64,000 bases of DNA from Octopus bimaculoides. Lineage: Eukaryota. The position numbers were made by a program, and so were the translations under genes. The stretch is from positions 8,781,788-8,845,787 of the forward strand of contig NC_068982.1 in NCBI RefSeq assembly GCF_001194135.2, given 5' to 3'. Shown piece by piece: positions 39,341 to 53,791 of the stretch. How positions within the stretch are numbered: the stretch's first letter is position 1; every line of letters starts with the position of its first letter. Below the pieces are notes generated by a model that saw only the letters and a list, made by a program, of their open reading frames with translations, was not told the DNA's origin and searched no databases.

Positions 39341-40995
39341 CCTATCAAGCAAGAGCATGAAGCAAGCAAACATATGTCTTTTGTTTCAAAATAACCCGAA
39401 TATTTAAACGTGGAATTCAGTTTAACATTGTGAGCATTGTTTCTTCAGTCTGCGTCGATGACACAATATCGGTGCATTTAAATATATCAACAAGCCATAC
39501 GTATGATTCAAATAAAATAATTGCCATGCTACATTTGTGTTTACCAAAATTAATGATTCATGTCTTTTTGTATTTGTATACACTGAAATATAAACAAATA
39601 TAATTATGTTATATCCTCCTTTAAACGTACATATATTTTTCTTTTATTTTCAAAGGATTTTCTAGAACTATTTGTGCCATCCTCAAAGAAATTTGAATAA
39701 AGTATTTTGTACAAGCGAAATGGGTATGTACAGAACATTTATTATAGCGTATCACACGCACAAAAAAAATCTAAAAATGAAATGGTTAAACGTTTTAAAT
39801 TTCAGTTATATATATAATATATATATATATANNNNNNNNNNNNNNNNNNNNNNNNNNNNNNNNNNNNNNNNNNNNNNNNNNNNNNNNNNNNNNNNNNNNN
39901 NNNNNNNNNNNNNNNNNNNNNNNNNNNNNNNNNNNNNNAAGATACCTGTTGTGAAGTCGTGTGTTGAAACAAATATTGTATTTTAGGACGGTCGTATTTT
40001 GCCAAATAAACACACGCACTATATAGTCGTTTTTCACTCGTATGCTGCTTTTTTAAATTCTAACTCATGTCCATTGTCCGGAAATCTTTCGTGACGCATC
40101 TGCGTCATTTTCCTTCTTCGTGTGTGCTCTTGCTCTACATATTCCATTCCAGAATGGAATAAGCAGGGCAAGAACACACCCTGGTTATTGAACGGAATAA
40201 GCTGAGCAAAACCATCCCACGACGACGGACAGTGTCGCTGAGGAGGTCAAAGATGTGTAACGAAAGATTGCCAGACAATGCGCATGAGTTAGAACAAAAA
40301 CAGTAACGAAAACCTTCTCGATCGTTACATTCTTCATTAGATATCATTTGAGTCTTACGTGCATGATACTAGCCTTTTCAAATGCTTTCATTCCACTCCA
40401 CACCTTTGTTCGCCATCCAACTCGATTCGAAGCAAGTGCTTCTATATCTTCTGGAAACATTCCAAGTGACTTCATAGTAGTCCTTATGCCGTCCTTAAAC
40501 TCTTTTCAGGTTTACATCGATAGCGTTTCCCATCTGCAAACTCTCTCTATATGTATATATATATACACACACGCATATACCTTTCCCCTAAGTCTTAAAT
40601 GATAGTTCTAATATCATATTTCTTTCTTTCTCGTATTTGAAATTTTGGAGAAATTCAGTATTGTGATGTTCATGCTTCGATTTTCCTTTAAATACTTCAG
40701 TCGAAATGCAGTGTCATAGAGATTGCATCGTCAAATACAAACAGAAACTGATTGCCCGTTTTGACGTATTCATTTTACTATTTAATTTGAACGGTTGTGC
40801 ATTTAAGCAGAACAAAGATTTCAGAGTAGTCGAAGAGAATTTTGCTTGTCAGAGAGATATTATTAACTCCGTGTTAAGTAATCCATACTTTAATATATAA
40901 TTTTCTAAATAATTAAACTTAATTATTTCTAAGCTATTACATGCATACAGAAACTAACATCACAAGTACACACAAAAACACAGTCATATATGTAT

Positions 40996-41043
<48 letters not shown>

Positions 41044-44038
41044 AAGCCTTTGATGTTGATGCTTTGAACTGACCACAGAAAATACTGTTTAATTAAATGC
41101 CTTTTACTTATTTGCACAAGGAAAGCAGTTACTAAATTAATTCAATGCATACATCAAAGAATAATAGAGATAATTAAGAATCAATCTATCAAATATAATT
41201 TTAATTTTTACTGGCAAATTCGTACATTTGCTTGTAACCAAGGTTTATTAACGTTGATCAAGTTGCTGCCTATTATACTTCATCAATAGTACGGTATATT
41301 CTTGGCGGCTTGATAGTTTGAGAAAAATGTTATATATAGAAATATATAGTTATGAATAACTATCGACTAGTATATTTCCCATAATGGAAACCAAATTTTG
41401 AAGAGAAAATTCAAATGAACCATTGACATTAATTTTGAAAGCTATGTTTAAGGGAAAATGTGAAGATTGTTGCGCACACACCAAAAACTAATTAATATTT
41501 CTCTCTAATTCGGAGCAAGAAGACACTTAGTGCAATTGCTTATCTTTTCCTGAAGTGGAGGGAAGATATTATTAGGAAGCAAAGAATTGATTTCTTAAAT
41601 TTGTTATACATGTAGAAAGGCGGTTTTTGCCAGCAGACAACATTTGTGGACATGTTTCGATTTATTAGAACTTATAGAAAAATTAGTCAACGCATCACTG
41701 CTTCACCACTTGACAAATGATTTTATATATGGAAAACTAAGAACATATTATTTAGGGTTAGTTTAGTTCCCATAATTATAAAGTAAAATGGCTTATTACA
41801 ATCTGTAATGAAACAGTTAATGTATAATGCATTCAATGCGATTTGCAAAAAGGTAATTGAAAGGAATTTGTTTTAATCTGAGATGGACACGGAAAACTCA
41901 AGCTATTTGTTCGCGTTTCTAAAAGACTATCAGGAATAATTGTAAAGAAAACCACAGAATGTAGCGTTTAAATTTACATGATATACTTGGGGCAACATGA
42001 GTTTTGAGTATAAGAACAGAGCAGGACGTATAAGTTTCGTTCCTTTAGAAATCGTCTATTCAAAACTATGTACATAACTCACGCAGAACGCATCCTTTTA
42101 AATTTTCTAACATTATACGTATATTGTTTTACGATTTAATTGTTTTTGCTTACTTTGCAAAGAATATACGATATTTGGTTAACATTTAGTAGATTTCTCT
42201 TTCCAAATACCTCCAAATTGATACCCATTGCCTATGTTACTTACATTCCATATTATGGATAGCATAAGAATGTTGGTGAAGAAAAAGACACCTGTATATC
42301 ATTATTCAGATTTATTTCAAAATTATATTAAGTAACGAGAAGATGGATTTTGTATTAAACTGTATTCGATACAGCATTCGTTTCAACCCATGGAAATATA
42401 CCACGACTAAGGATGACAACAGGTAGTCCGAACTGTGCCATTGCTCTACTTAACACTTAAACACTACTCGACTTACGCCTATTAGTCCGAACAATTAATT
42501 TATGTATGTATGTATGTATGTATGTATATGAATATATATATAAATTGCAAATTGGATTATATTTGTTGTAAGAAGTTTCATGGGTTATGTGGAATTATGA
42601 ATGTGATTATTGTAAATAGAATTAGAAACCGCGCACTTAATTATTACAAAAAAATATTCTTGTTGCGATTCTTAAACTCGGAAATTTACACATAATATGC
42701 ATTAATTTTTATATGATTTATTGTTATTCTATGATTTCCTCATAAATGAAGTGATTCTGATAACTCATCATTTGGATTGAGACAAGTTATGTAATATTCA
42801 TTTTGATTGATTGCGACACCTCGGAAAAATAGTTTTACATAAATTTATTTTAAATGCATGGAAAATATATTCCTACATGCCAAAAAAATAAAAATGCTAA
42901 ACCTTATTTTTATCACCCCTCTTTTACTCATGATGTAGTCATGCATAATTTGACATCCCCATCAACTCGTACCATTTCCTCTGTGCTTGTGTAGAAATGC
43001 AAATTTCTTCAATGTAGCTGGGATATAACTATTACATGTATGCATGTGATTTACATTAGATGACTTCTTTTCATTGAGGAAAATCAGCACGCATTTCTTT
43101 AACTGAAGGTGAATAGAAGACATATTAGTTTCACATTTTATACATAATTACGCTTTTATATTTTGTTTAGCTTTTTTTTCTTTTTCAGCAAATTATAATA
43201 AATCAACAAATGTTGATAAATCTTTTTTTCTATTCTATTTTATATTTGAATTTATGTTGTCAAAACTTTTGTTTAAGAAATGAAATGAAACAAGAGTTTA
43301 AGCACATGGTAATAAATTGCTCAGTTATTAATAGTATATACAAATGTTTCATTTAAATCCTCGTCTCCCTCTAATTGTAAGAAGTTTGTTTTATTCTTTT
43401 ATCCTCAACAATGCTCATATTTAACACACAAATGTTATTTATACCTAACATACTTTTTCTCTTTCGGTTTGGCTTGCGCACGAATTGCAGTGTTTTTTTT
43501 TTTTTAATGAAACTATTGCAAATTTCTCTATGTAAATAAGTTCCTTCCAAAGGGCTTACCCACTAATATATTTAATGCGCTGTTTTTATTTTTATATTCT
43601 GTATTTGTTTTAAAAGGAATTGATATCTCGATTGACCACATTCACTCTATTCGCCATTAAGCAAACCGATTTTATGTAGGTTTATTGATAACGGACAGTT
43701 GTTGACACAGCAACTGTTTTAATAAGTCATTCGATATGAAGTTGCATTATATTATACAAATTCCCCAAGTAATTGTGCACGTGATTGTTCACGTTTGGTG
43801 TAATTATTCATATATTTGATCCCTGTATAATCTTTGAGCAAACACGGAGTGAGAGGAATGTCAGTCATTGACTGATTTTTACTCAAGCAGTAAATTCGAT
43901 AGAAAAGTACAGGTACTGAAAGTTCGACTATATTTCTCGACTATATTTTTTTCATAAATTTGCTAATGACAATAAACGAATAATTCTATAATCTGCAGAT
44001 GTTTGAAAGGTATATATTTTCATATAGATTTTAGATTT

Positions 44039-44077
<39 letters not shown>

Positions 44078-46139
44078 NNNNNNNNNNGTATGTAATAGAC
44101 TGACAATATGACCAATGGTTTCATACGGATAAATCATGCAATTTTTTCAAGCTTTCTTTCTAAGAATTTATGAAAAAATAAAGGATGTATCCATCTGGCT
44201 ATTGCGGTGCTGCGCACTCTTTCACCCTGTTTTCTACTAACGTATAAACATCTCACCGCACACACACACACCCACACACACACATATTAATTACATATAT
44301 ATATATATATATGTAATTGATATATCATATACATAAATGTGTGTGTGAGTGGAGAGAGAGAGAGAGAGAGAATGAGCGGAAGAGGGGGGCAGACAGATTG
44401 ACAGACAGTTACTTGTGTGTACACACATACAGATGATGTCAGAATATATTTGAGTAAATGTTGTGAAATTGTATACTTCTATTAGCCATTCTTTCTTTTC
44501 GTAAACATGTAAATTCTAATATTGATAGTATTTATGTATAATTTATATTCTGCAATATCTTAAACAAGTTAAGTGCATTACACATTTCGCAAAGTTATTG
44601 AAGTGTAAAAACTATTTGTGCATTTTGTCATTTATCCAATGCGATCAACGTTTTAGGTTTTGACTCCTGCTTACAATTAATCAGTATGCGGCATAAGTAC
44701 ATGAAACCCGTGAAGAATTTCCCGTTAAGAAATTGAAAAATCTATGATGAAAAGACAAAACAACCATTAGCATCTATTCCCCAGTGTGATGATATATAAG
44801 TTATCGAGTGCACATTAACATCTCATATAAGTTTCGTACATAGAACTGTCATTACAGACGTTCTTCGTCTATGCTCTATAAATTTGATCGTTTGCCAAAT
44901 ATCGCTGCTAAAGTGTAAAGAATCTTTCATAGGCTATGTCTAATAATTTGGTTGGCTATGATTTTTTTAAATTTCGTTCGTTTAAATGGGAAATCTAGAT
45001 AACAATCGCAAGATCAGTCTCTTCTATTACGCTGTAAATTGTTTGTTTTGTTATATTAAAATATTAGTCTTTTCAAGATTGATGTAAAACTGGTGTGTTA
45101 ATAAAATATCTCCTAATATGCATATGTTTATTACAAATGGGAAAGAATCGGGCATTTTATTTGTGAAAATTTACAAAACAGTTGTATATATTTTGTAATT
45201 AGGTAACAAATAACTCTTTACGAAATGAGTCTAGTAGAGTGAGTTTCTTGTCAGATGAGAAGAAAGAATGTTGTTTGTGCTATATTTTGCGGAGACAAAT
45301 ACCTGTGAGGAATAGTTCGACAGGAAATTGGTTAACGGTTTTCTAATGACCCTGTTTACACTAAGTAAATTTATTTACAATATGCTGTGCTTTGTAACTT
45401 TATATGCAAGAAAAGTCAATGCAAAATAGATATAAAGTGAAGAATAGTATTCCTTTGAGCTTACTCAATAGTTTTAGTCCTGTGGAAACAGGAAAACAAA
45501 TATATATGTAGATATTTAAAAGTTGAATTAATCTATGCAGAATTTATTTATTTTTCCCGTTTAATCTTGACGCCGTAACAGAATACATATTTTAGTTAAA
45601 TAAGCAAAGGTTTTGAAGTCCATTTCGGTCAAATATCGATGCGGTGGAATACTGATAAGAAATATGAATTTGAGCATCTAGTAAGTCATCAATATGATAT
45701 TTCAGGGACATTGAAATTTGTAATATATTGTTTGCATAATATTCAGATTATCTAATATTTATACTTTCTGTCGTTTATTTCGAAATGTTTCTGTTGTGAG
45801 TTAGGAAATTGACAGAATAATGTATATCCTGATAAGAGGAAAAAGTCACAACATACAGATTCACGCAAATAACCCTATTATATGCACAAATCATTCCTGA
45901 GCTGTGATTAAATTCAACTTCACGATAAGCGTTTACAATCTACTTCCGTATTGTGTACTGTTTGTCTTGGCGGCAAACTCAAAAGTATACATACATAGAT
46001 GCTTAACACAGACATGCGAGTGGGAAGCATCGACGCATGTTTTTCTCTTTTTTAACTAAAGTATAATTTTATTTATTTTTCATATTAGCTTGATGTGGGT
46101 TGACTGTGATTTATAGCTGTTATGAGGGCATATATAGAT

Positions 46140-46655
46140 AAACTAGGCAAAAGGCGCGAAATTTTGGGTGAGGCGGCTATTTGATTAGATCGACCCCGGT
46201 ACGTAACTATTATTTAATTTATCGATTCCGAAAGGATGAAAGGCATAGTCGAACTCGGCAAAATTTGAACTCAGAACGAAAAGACCGCTGAGCATTTCGC
46301 CGGCCGTGATAACGTTTCTGCCAGCTCGCCACCTTGTGCCTATATAATCTTTTCTACTCTAGGTACAAGTCCTGAAATTTGGTGGGAGGGGGCCAGTCGA
46401 TTAGATCAACCCCAGTGCGTAACAAGTACTTAATTTATCGACCCCGAAAGGATGAAAGGCAAAGTCGACCTCGGCGAAATTTGAACTCAGAACATAAAGA
46501 CAGACGAAATACCACTGAGCATTTCGCCCGTCGTGCTAACGTTTCTGCCAGCTCGCCGCCTTACTATATTCTTTTCTACTCTAGGAACAAGACCCGAACT
46601 TTTGAGAGAGGAGACAAGTCGATTAGATCGACTCCAGTACGCAACTGGTATTTAA
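46140..46655 (-). mobile_element. Three head-to-tail SINE family A copies (about 46150-46333, 46347-46560, 46570-46652)
   Basis: The tcttttctactctagg...gtcgattagatc...gccagctcgcc unit is repeated; the third copy is partial. Confidence 0.9.
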
Positions 46656-46674
46656 GTTTAGTTTTTATAGTATT

Positions 46675-47260
46675 TGGCTCACAGTGGTAACGTCATGCGT
46701 TTGATTCCGAGTACCGCGTTTCGTCCTTCATAAAGACATTTTACTTGCCGTTGCTCCAGTCCACCGATTTGGCTAAAACTGTTGTTGTTGGCACTCCGTC
46801 GCTTACGACGTCGAGGGTTCCTGTTGATCCGATCAACGGAACAGTCTGGTCGTGAAATTAACGTGCAAGTGGCTGAGCACTCAACAGACACGTGTACTCT
46901 TAACGTAGTTCTCGAGGATATTCAGCGTGACACAGTGTGACAAGGCTGACTCTTTGAATTACAGGCACAGCAGAAAGAGGAAGTAAGAGTGAGAGAAAGT
47001 TGTGGTGGAAGAGTACAGCAGGGTTCGCCACCATCCCCTGCCGGAGCCTCGTGGAGCTTTAGGTGTTTTCGCTCAACAAACACTCACAACGCCTGGGCTG
47101 GGAATCGAAACCGCGAGTACGCTGCCCTAACCACTGGGCCATTGCGCCTCCACTTGGCTAAAACTAATTGTATTTGAAAGGGTCAGCGTTGTAACATTCC
47201 GTGTCACATTCACTCTGCTTGAGAACTACGTTAAATATTCGTGTGTCTATAGACTGAAAA
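46675..47260 (+). mobile_element. Older SINE split by the family C insertion
   Basis: gttgctccagtccac before the insertion; aaagggtcagcgttgtaacattccgtgtcac...gagaactacgttaa after it, sharing the body domain of family C. Confidence 0.6.
46781..47153 (-). mobile_element. SINE family C (tRNA-Arg-like head, (AAC)n tail), full length with 12-bp TSD
   Basis: Perfect flanking duplication ttggctaaaact at 46769-46780 and 47154-47165. Confidence 0.93.
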
Positions 47261-48014
47261 GCCATTGCATTTTTGCTCTACAAATCTGCAGAGAAACCAA
47301 TACGCTGTCCTTTTTAAAAGAATAGTTGAAGACAAGTTCAACAGATGTTATGAAGATAAAATCAATTACAAAGCTACAAAGATTGATTGCAAATAGAATG
47401 CCATATTGCAAGGCGAATTACTACAACACAGATTGCTGCAGAACATATATAATATCCTTATGAACGACAAAATGAATTTCGTAATGTTTTAGCGTTATTT
47501 TTAAGCTTAATTTTTTTCGCGGAAAGACGAGTTTTAAGTGTCTATGCTTGTTGTTCCAAAGTGAGCCTGCCCTTCGAGGATTAGTTATCATTCATCTTTA
47601 AATTTTTATATAATTAGATTTTTTTTTATTATTCTTACTCATTTATGCCAGATAATTTTAAATATTGAGTACATTTAGAGAACGTATTCATGTACCATGT
47701 ATTCAAACATAAACAAGACAGATTTTTTGATATTACGCACAATGTGTTTGATATACTCGTATCAAATTACACACACACATATATATACACATATACATGC
47801 ATAGATGCCTACATACATGGAAACATACATACACACAGGTTCACACACCTACTTTAAGTGATATTCGTCGGGAAAAAGATTACGCTATCGTAGATGATAG
47901 AAAGCATTAATAATTCTTTCAGGTTGGTCGAATCATAAGTTACCTGATGATCGAATATGTACTTATGGAAAACACCAGACACTGTTTGGACCAATATAGA
48001 TAGACATGCATGCA

Positions 48015-48060
<46 letters not shown>

Positions 48061-50689
48061 AACGTATTTCTNNNNNNNNNNTGTGTGTGTGTGTGTGTGC
48101 GCGCGAACGTATTTCTGTGTGGAGGGTGTCTAAGTGTGTTGACTGCGTATGTGTTCTAATTCCATTGTGAGTGATTCAGAATAGTTGTTTGAATGAGACA
48201 AACATAAAGCGAGCCAACGAAATCAATGTTACTCCTTAATTTCATAGCGAACAACGTGCGCACGCGCGCATCACTAAATACATGTACAAATACACAGACA
48301 AGCATACATACAACGTGATAAATTCATAATAGTAAGACAATCTTGATGTATATTTATTATACCTGTAATCAAAGTGCGCGAGCTGCCCGAATCGTTAGCA
48401 AGCGCATTTCAAGACTCGGCAATGTCCTCGCGCCCCCTTTCGGGTTGAGCAAATAATTCTCAGTTGACACTTCTCCGCAAAATTTCAGGCCTTGTGCCTA
48501 TAGTAGATTATTACAGTATTAAGAAATGTTACGTGCGATATTATACATTAATAAAAAAAAAAGCAATACATCATCCATCCTTTGTATATACAAACACGCG
48601 CTTGTATGTATATATATATATATATATNNNNNNNNNNNNNNNNNNNNNNNNNNNNNNNNNNNNNNNNNNNNNNNNNNNNNNNNNNNNNNNNNNNNNNNNN
48701 NNNNNNNNNNNNNNNNNNNNNNNNNNNNNNNNNNNNNNNNNNNNNNNNNNNNNNNNNNNNNNNNNNNNNNNNNNNNNNNNNNNNNNNNNNNNNNNNNNNN
48801 NNNNNNNNNNNNNNNNNNNNNNNNNNNNNNNNNNNNNNNNNNNNNNNNNNNNNNNNATATATATATATATATATATAAAAATTTCAATAAATTTAAATAA
48901 TAAAGGTGAAAAATTGAATATTCATTTGATTAATATCAATTTAAAACCAATGGACTATCAAATTGAGAAATCTGAAGATTCAGCAAAATTATATTACATG
49001 TATGTATGTATGTATGTATGTATGTATGTACGTACATACATACATGTGTATGTATATATTTCGATATCTGTCCATGCATATATCAATCACTCGATCTATC
49101 TATATGTGTACATATGTATTTACGTGTGTGAGTATACACTTTAGCAGTAGAATATTTGCCCCAGTTATGAAGTAGAGTGGTTTTCTTTTACTGTTTGTAG
49201 ATTCTTATAAGATGACCATCTGATATTTGTGTTTATTGTTTAACACTCACTCCTGCCTCTGTAAATTATTAACCAGCATTAATTCCATAGCAGTAAGCTT
49301 CCACGACCACAGTCAGAATGACTGTAAAAAGTACATGAATAAAAGAATAAAAGAAAAGTTACTTGTTCATATTTATAGAAGTACCCTCTCTATTTCATAT
49401 CGCATACATTGTTATGCAATAAACCTATACTTCCTACATCTTTCATTCGCAGGCGGAACTGCTATTTGCCCCAAAGTAACTAATGAAAAATTATAATTAC
49501 GTTGAACACGTTTCGAATTAGGGCCAGTTCGTGGATCTCTTTATTGTTCGAACAAAATTTCAAAGCAATCACTCTTATCAAATTTGGCTTGATGCTCTTA
49601 TTTGAATATTTCTAGAATCCCTGTTGACAATATATTTAGTATTCATCATGCAACTGATTTCAAAGCATTGATGAAATGCCTTTTGGAAGTTCACTCGAAA
49701 TATGATATCATTGAATGGAATTTTAATTTGTCCACCGAGAAGCGATTGATTGAAATCTGGCAAGAATTTCCAATTTTAAAAGCTACAAACAACATTAACC
49801 CACCAAACATCTAAAGTAACAAATCCTCCAGTTGATGTAGAAATTTCTAAAATTAAGAAGCATCGTGCAAAAGACATGGGTATGAAATGTTTTTCACGCT
49901 AACCGAAACGTTATCTTCTAATCTCAACAGTTTAATTGCATTTTTACCTGATTTAAATCTTTTATTTAAAGTATCATGAAAAATACTACTTGCTCATTCA
50001 CTGAATTTTTTATATTTTTTATTATGGGATAAATGGGTGGGGTAACTTGTGTTAGTCTTCGCAGGTATAACCTGTTTATGGGTGGGATAACTTGTGTATG
50101 GGTCGGGTAACGTGTGTTACTCTTCTGAGTAGTTCGTTCACTTTGGTCTTTAACAGACATATCCAGCTCTAACTTGTGGCTTATCAAAGCTGTCCGTATG
50201 CAACAGAAGCCACACCTCCTGCAACGTATTCCACAGGCCGAGTGAGGGTAGCCGACGGCTTATGAAGATTCGGTGAGCTAGGGCTAGTCTACCTGAAGTC
50301 TAGACCCAGTGCACTGAGGAAAGGAAACCACCAGATTGATTCAACTAACAGGAAGGAAGAATAGCAAATATTGTCGAGCGCGAACAATGCGCAGTGACGC
50401 ATGAAGGATACTGTGTCTATCCACTGCATCGCGACTTATCTCTAGCCAACCTCACTTCGTCCTGCCATTGGAATCATATAGCAAAGGAAGAGATAGTAAG
50501 CTGGACCATGTTGCGCAACCCTCCTTCAAGGCACTACACCATTGCACATTGCAAAAAATAGATAAACATTAGATTTCATTCCTGTTGACATGTCGCTGCC
50601 ATTAAATCATTTCTGAAGATATAACACATTATTCACAGTATAATATTTCAGAAGAATGCCATCAAGAAAACATGAGCATAAAAATGTTT

Positions 50690-50720
<31 letters not shown>

Positions 50721-50832
50721 AAATGGGAGTGATATCAACTTTAACTTCGAGAGTAATAAGTAGTGCAATGCTTCATACGCTCATATACATATATATACCT
50801 ACACATGTATATAATTATATAAATATATATAT

Positions 50833-50901
<69 letters not shown>

Positions 50902-51415
50902 CTATCTATCGATATATATATATATATGTGAATACATACATGTTTATATATATATATGTATATATATATGTAAATATATACACCCACGCACACATACATA
51001 TATGTATGTCTATATATACATAATTTGCATGATCGGAATGTATATCAGAGCAAGCATCCCGTCGAACCTTCAATGTTTCATTGCGAACAGTGACAGATTT
51101 GATACACTGCATAACAGCTCCTGACTTATTGTATTCGATAATAATGACAGTCATTCCACTGAAATAATTGTATGCTTTGTAATAGCTAAGACCTACGGTT
51201 CCTCTGTTTTTCATTGCTCGAAATCTATAAGCAAGCCTACATCTACCCGCCACCGTATTTCAGACCTCTCGGTCACCGCTTTAATACGGGGTAACGTGTG
51301 AAATTTTCTAAAGAGCCGAATTCCTTTTCCTGGCTCTCTGCTTTCATCTTATTTTCTTATTGTGCCATGCTCCCCCACCTCCGCCCTCTATCCCACTCAC
51401 TCACTCACGCACATG

Positions 51416-51501
<86 letters not shown>

Positions 51502-51674
51502 ACACACACACACACACACTTAAATTACGATGAACGTAAACAAACAAACGAAGTTTGCTTTCCAGATGCGTTAAGATGTCTTAGAAAGTTAAAGAAGTGA
51601 TTTTAAATTCTCAAACGCAGAATACTGCTAATAATACAGCCTGAACAAGATAAGCTAGCTAGCCCTATATGCAT

Positions 51675-51830
51675 ATACGACTGGCTTCTTTCAGTTTTCG
51701 TCTACCAAATCCACACACGGCTTTGGTCGACCCGGGGCTATAGTAGAAGACACTTGCCCAAGGTGCCACGCAGTGGGACTGAACTCAGAACCATGTGGTT
51801 CGTAAGCAAGCTACTTACCACACAGCCATA
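51675..51830 (-). mobile_element. SINE family B, 5' half
   Basis: Reverse complement ggctgtgtggtaagtagcttgcttacgaaccacatggttctgagttcagtcccactgcgtggcaccttgggcaagtgtcttc. Confidence 0.9.
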
Positions 51831-52294
51831 TATATATATATGTATGTATATAAAGAAGAAAAAAAAGAATATTATTGACAGTGACTTCGATGTTCCGGCT
51901 AGTTGAGCTACCCTCGGAGGACTGGCCGAAATTTCGAAGTTACTTTTAATAATATTTTTGTTTACGAATGCTTGTATATCCGTCTCCTCCAGCTGTTCTA
52001 CAGTTAAGAGTTTTAACGAAGATATAATGTTTTATATAGGATTCCTTTCGGCTTGTATTTACGGACATACCTAATAGGCATTTCTACAGCATTAGTTTAC
52101 TGCATTAGGCAATAATAAATAGTTTTTCATTCTGACATTTTAAATGCTAGTTTTGATATAATCTCCTGGGATTGAATATATCTTTTGAAGGAATTTCGGT
52201 CTCCTTCTGAGTTGAAATTCACAGGGACGAAATTTCGAAAACAAAGAACCACAAACACACATCGGCACACACGTATACTCTTCACACGCACCTA

Positions 52295-52331
<37 letters not shown>

Positions 52332-53720
52332 TAACTAAGCACACATTCACAATCAAGAGATACACACACATACGCATACGCCCACACAAATACATACAGG
52401 CACATATATATATATGTGCACGCAGAGTCAAACAGACGCATACATACATACATGCATACATACATATATACTCGCGCGCACACACCTATACTTCTGCCTT
52501 GCAACTCTGTATCATTACGTCTCCTGCAAGTTATAACAGATTACACTACATATTCCCTGTTTAATCAATATCAACTCTGGCGCATCAACTTATTTTAAAA
52601 CCACAATAACGTAATTTTCCTAAAATTTGGCTGTCCTCCCAGCATTTTATCACGTAATAATTCCCTTCCATAAGTTTTATTGCCTCTGTTAAGTGAATTC
52701 GCATTTACACACTATTTTCCAGGCAGATATTATCTTGGTTTATTTTCTACGAATTTATATTGTTTTATTATTCCAGCATACGTAGTTATGTATACATCAC
52801 TGAATAAGGAAGAGATATTTTAAAATCTGAATTCTCCCCACTGACTTCGTTAGGTTTACTTAAACATTATTAATCCATGTTTTGTTTCCTTAGTACAGTT
52901 TGAGCGTCCAACAATTTAAGATGGCTAGCTAGAAGCATTATTGTGTTATCGCTTATTATGCAATTTCTTTAGCGTGAATTGTATGAGAATCTGATGAGTG
53001 ATACAGCTAATCTCTTACAAATGTAATTTGCTATTATAAAGTTATGTATAGGAAATACACTCTCTTCAAACTATTCCAGTGCACAAAACGAAAAACGAAA
53101 AGAATTATAAAATTCTCCGTTCTTTTGAAAAAGCATACATGTGGAAATCGGATAGCTGAAAATCAAGCACTTAATTTCAGACGTGCTAAAAGTGGCATTT
53201 ATTGGCCATGGTGCATTATTGTTCGAATGTTTTCTACAAGGTGCATCTCTGATCTTCAGAGGGATGAAAATGTGGAGAAATATTGGAGCGGATTCGATTC
53301 TATATCAGAATCGAAGACCGGTATTATCAATCAAAATTACAGATTTAATTTAATTACTTCGACTGTCAAATTTAACTGCTAATACATCACAATCGAAAAG
53401 CTGAGATCATCAATATCTATAAGGATCATTTTAGCCGTAATTTATGCTAGAAGAGAATCACTGATATCTTAATGTAACGTGAATCATAAATGATTAAAAT
53501 GCTTGCATAGAGACACACGCACAGGCACACACACACGCGCACACACAAACACACACACACAGATATATATGCACATATGTAAGTGAATATGTATGTGTAT
53601 ATATATATATACACATATGTAAGTGAATATGTATGTGCATATATATAGAGAGAGAGATAAAGAAAAGGCTAGATAGATAGGTGGACAAATACATATACAT
53701 ACATATTCTTATATATATGA

Positions 53721-53791
<71 letters not shown>

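Noticed and set aside
48040-48116. Direct duplication of tgtgcgcgcgaacgtatttct across a 10-N gap
   Set aside because: Typical unmerged contig-overlap artefact.
49602-49814. ORF ending ...IEIWQEFPILKA, faintly like a hAT transposase C-terminus
   Set aside because: Only one short motif-like stretch, with no TIRs or other transposase motifs seen.
50190-50560. GC-richer island resembling an RTE 5' UTR with a possible HDV-like ribozyme
   Set aside because: I could not construct the nested double pseudoknot or find adjoining coding motifs; left unassigned.
53044-53382. 112-aa plus-strand ORF
   Set aside because: No motif, composition typical of AT-rich noncoding DNA, and no supporting neighbours.
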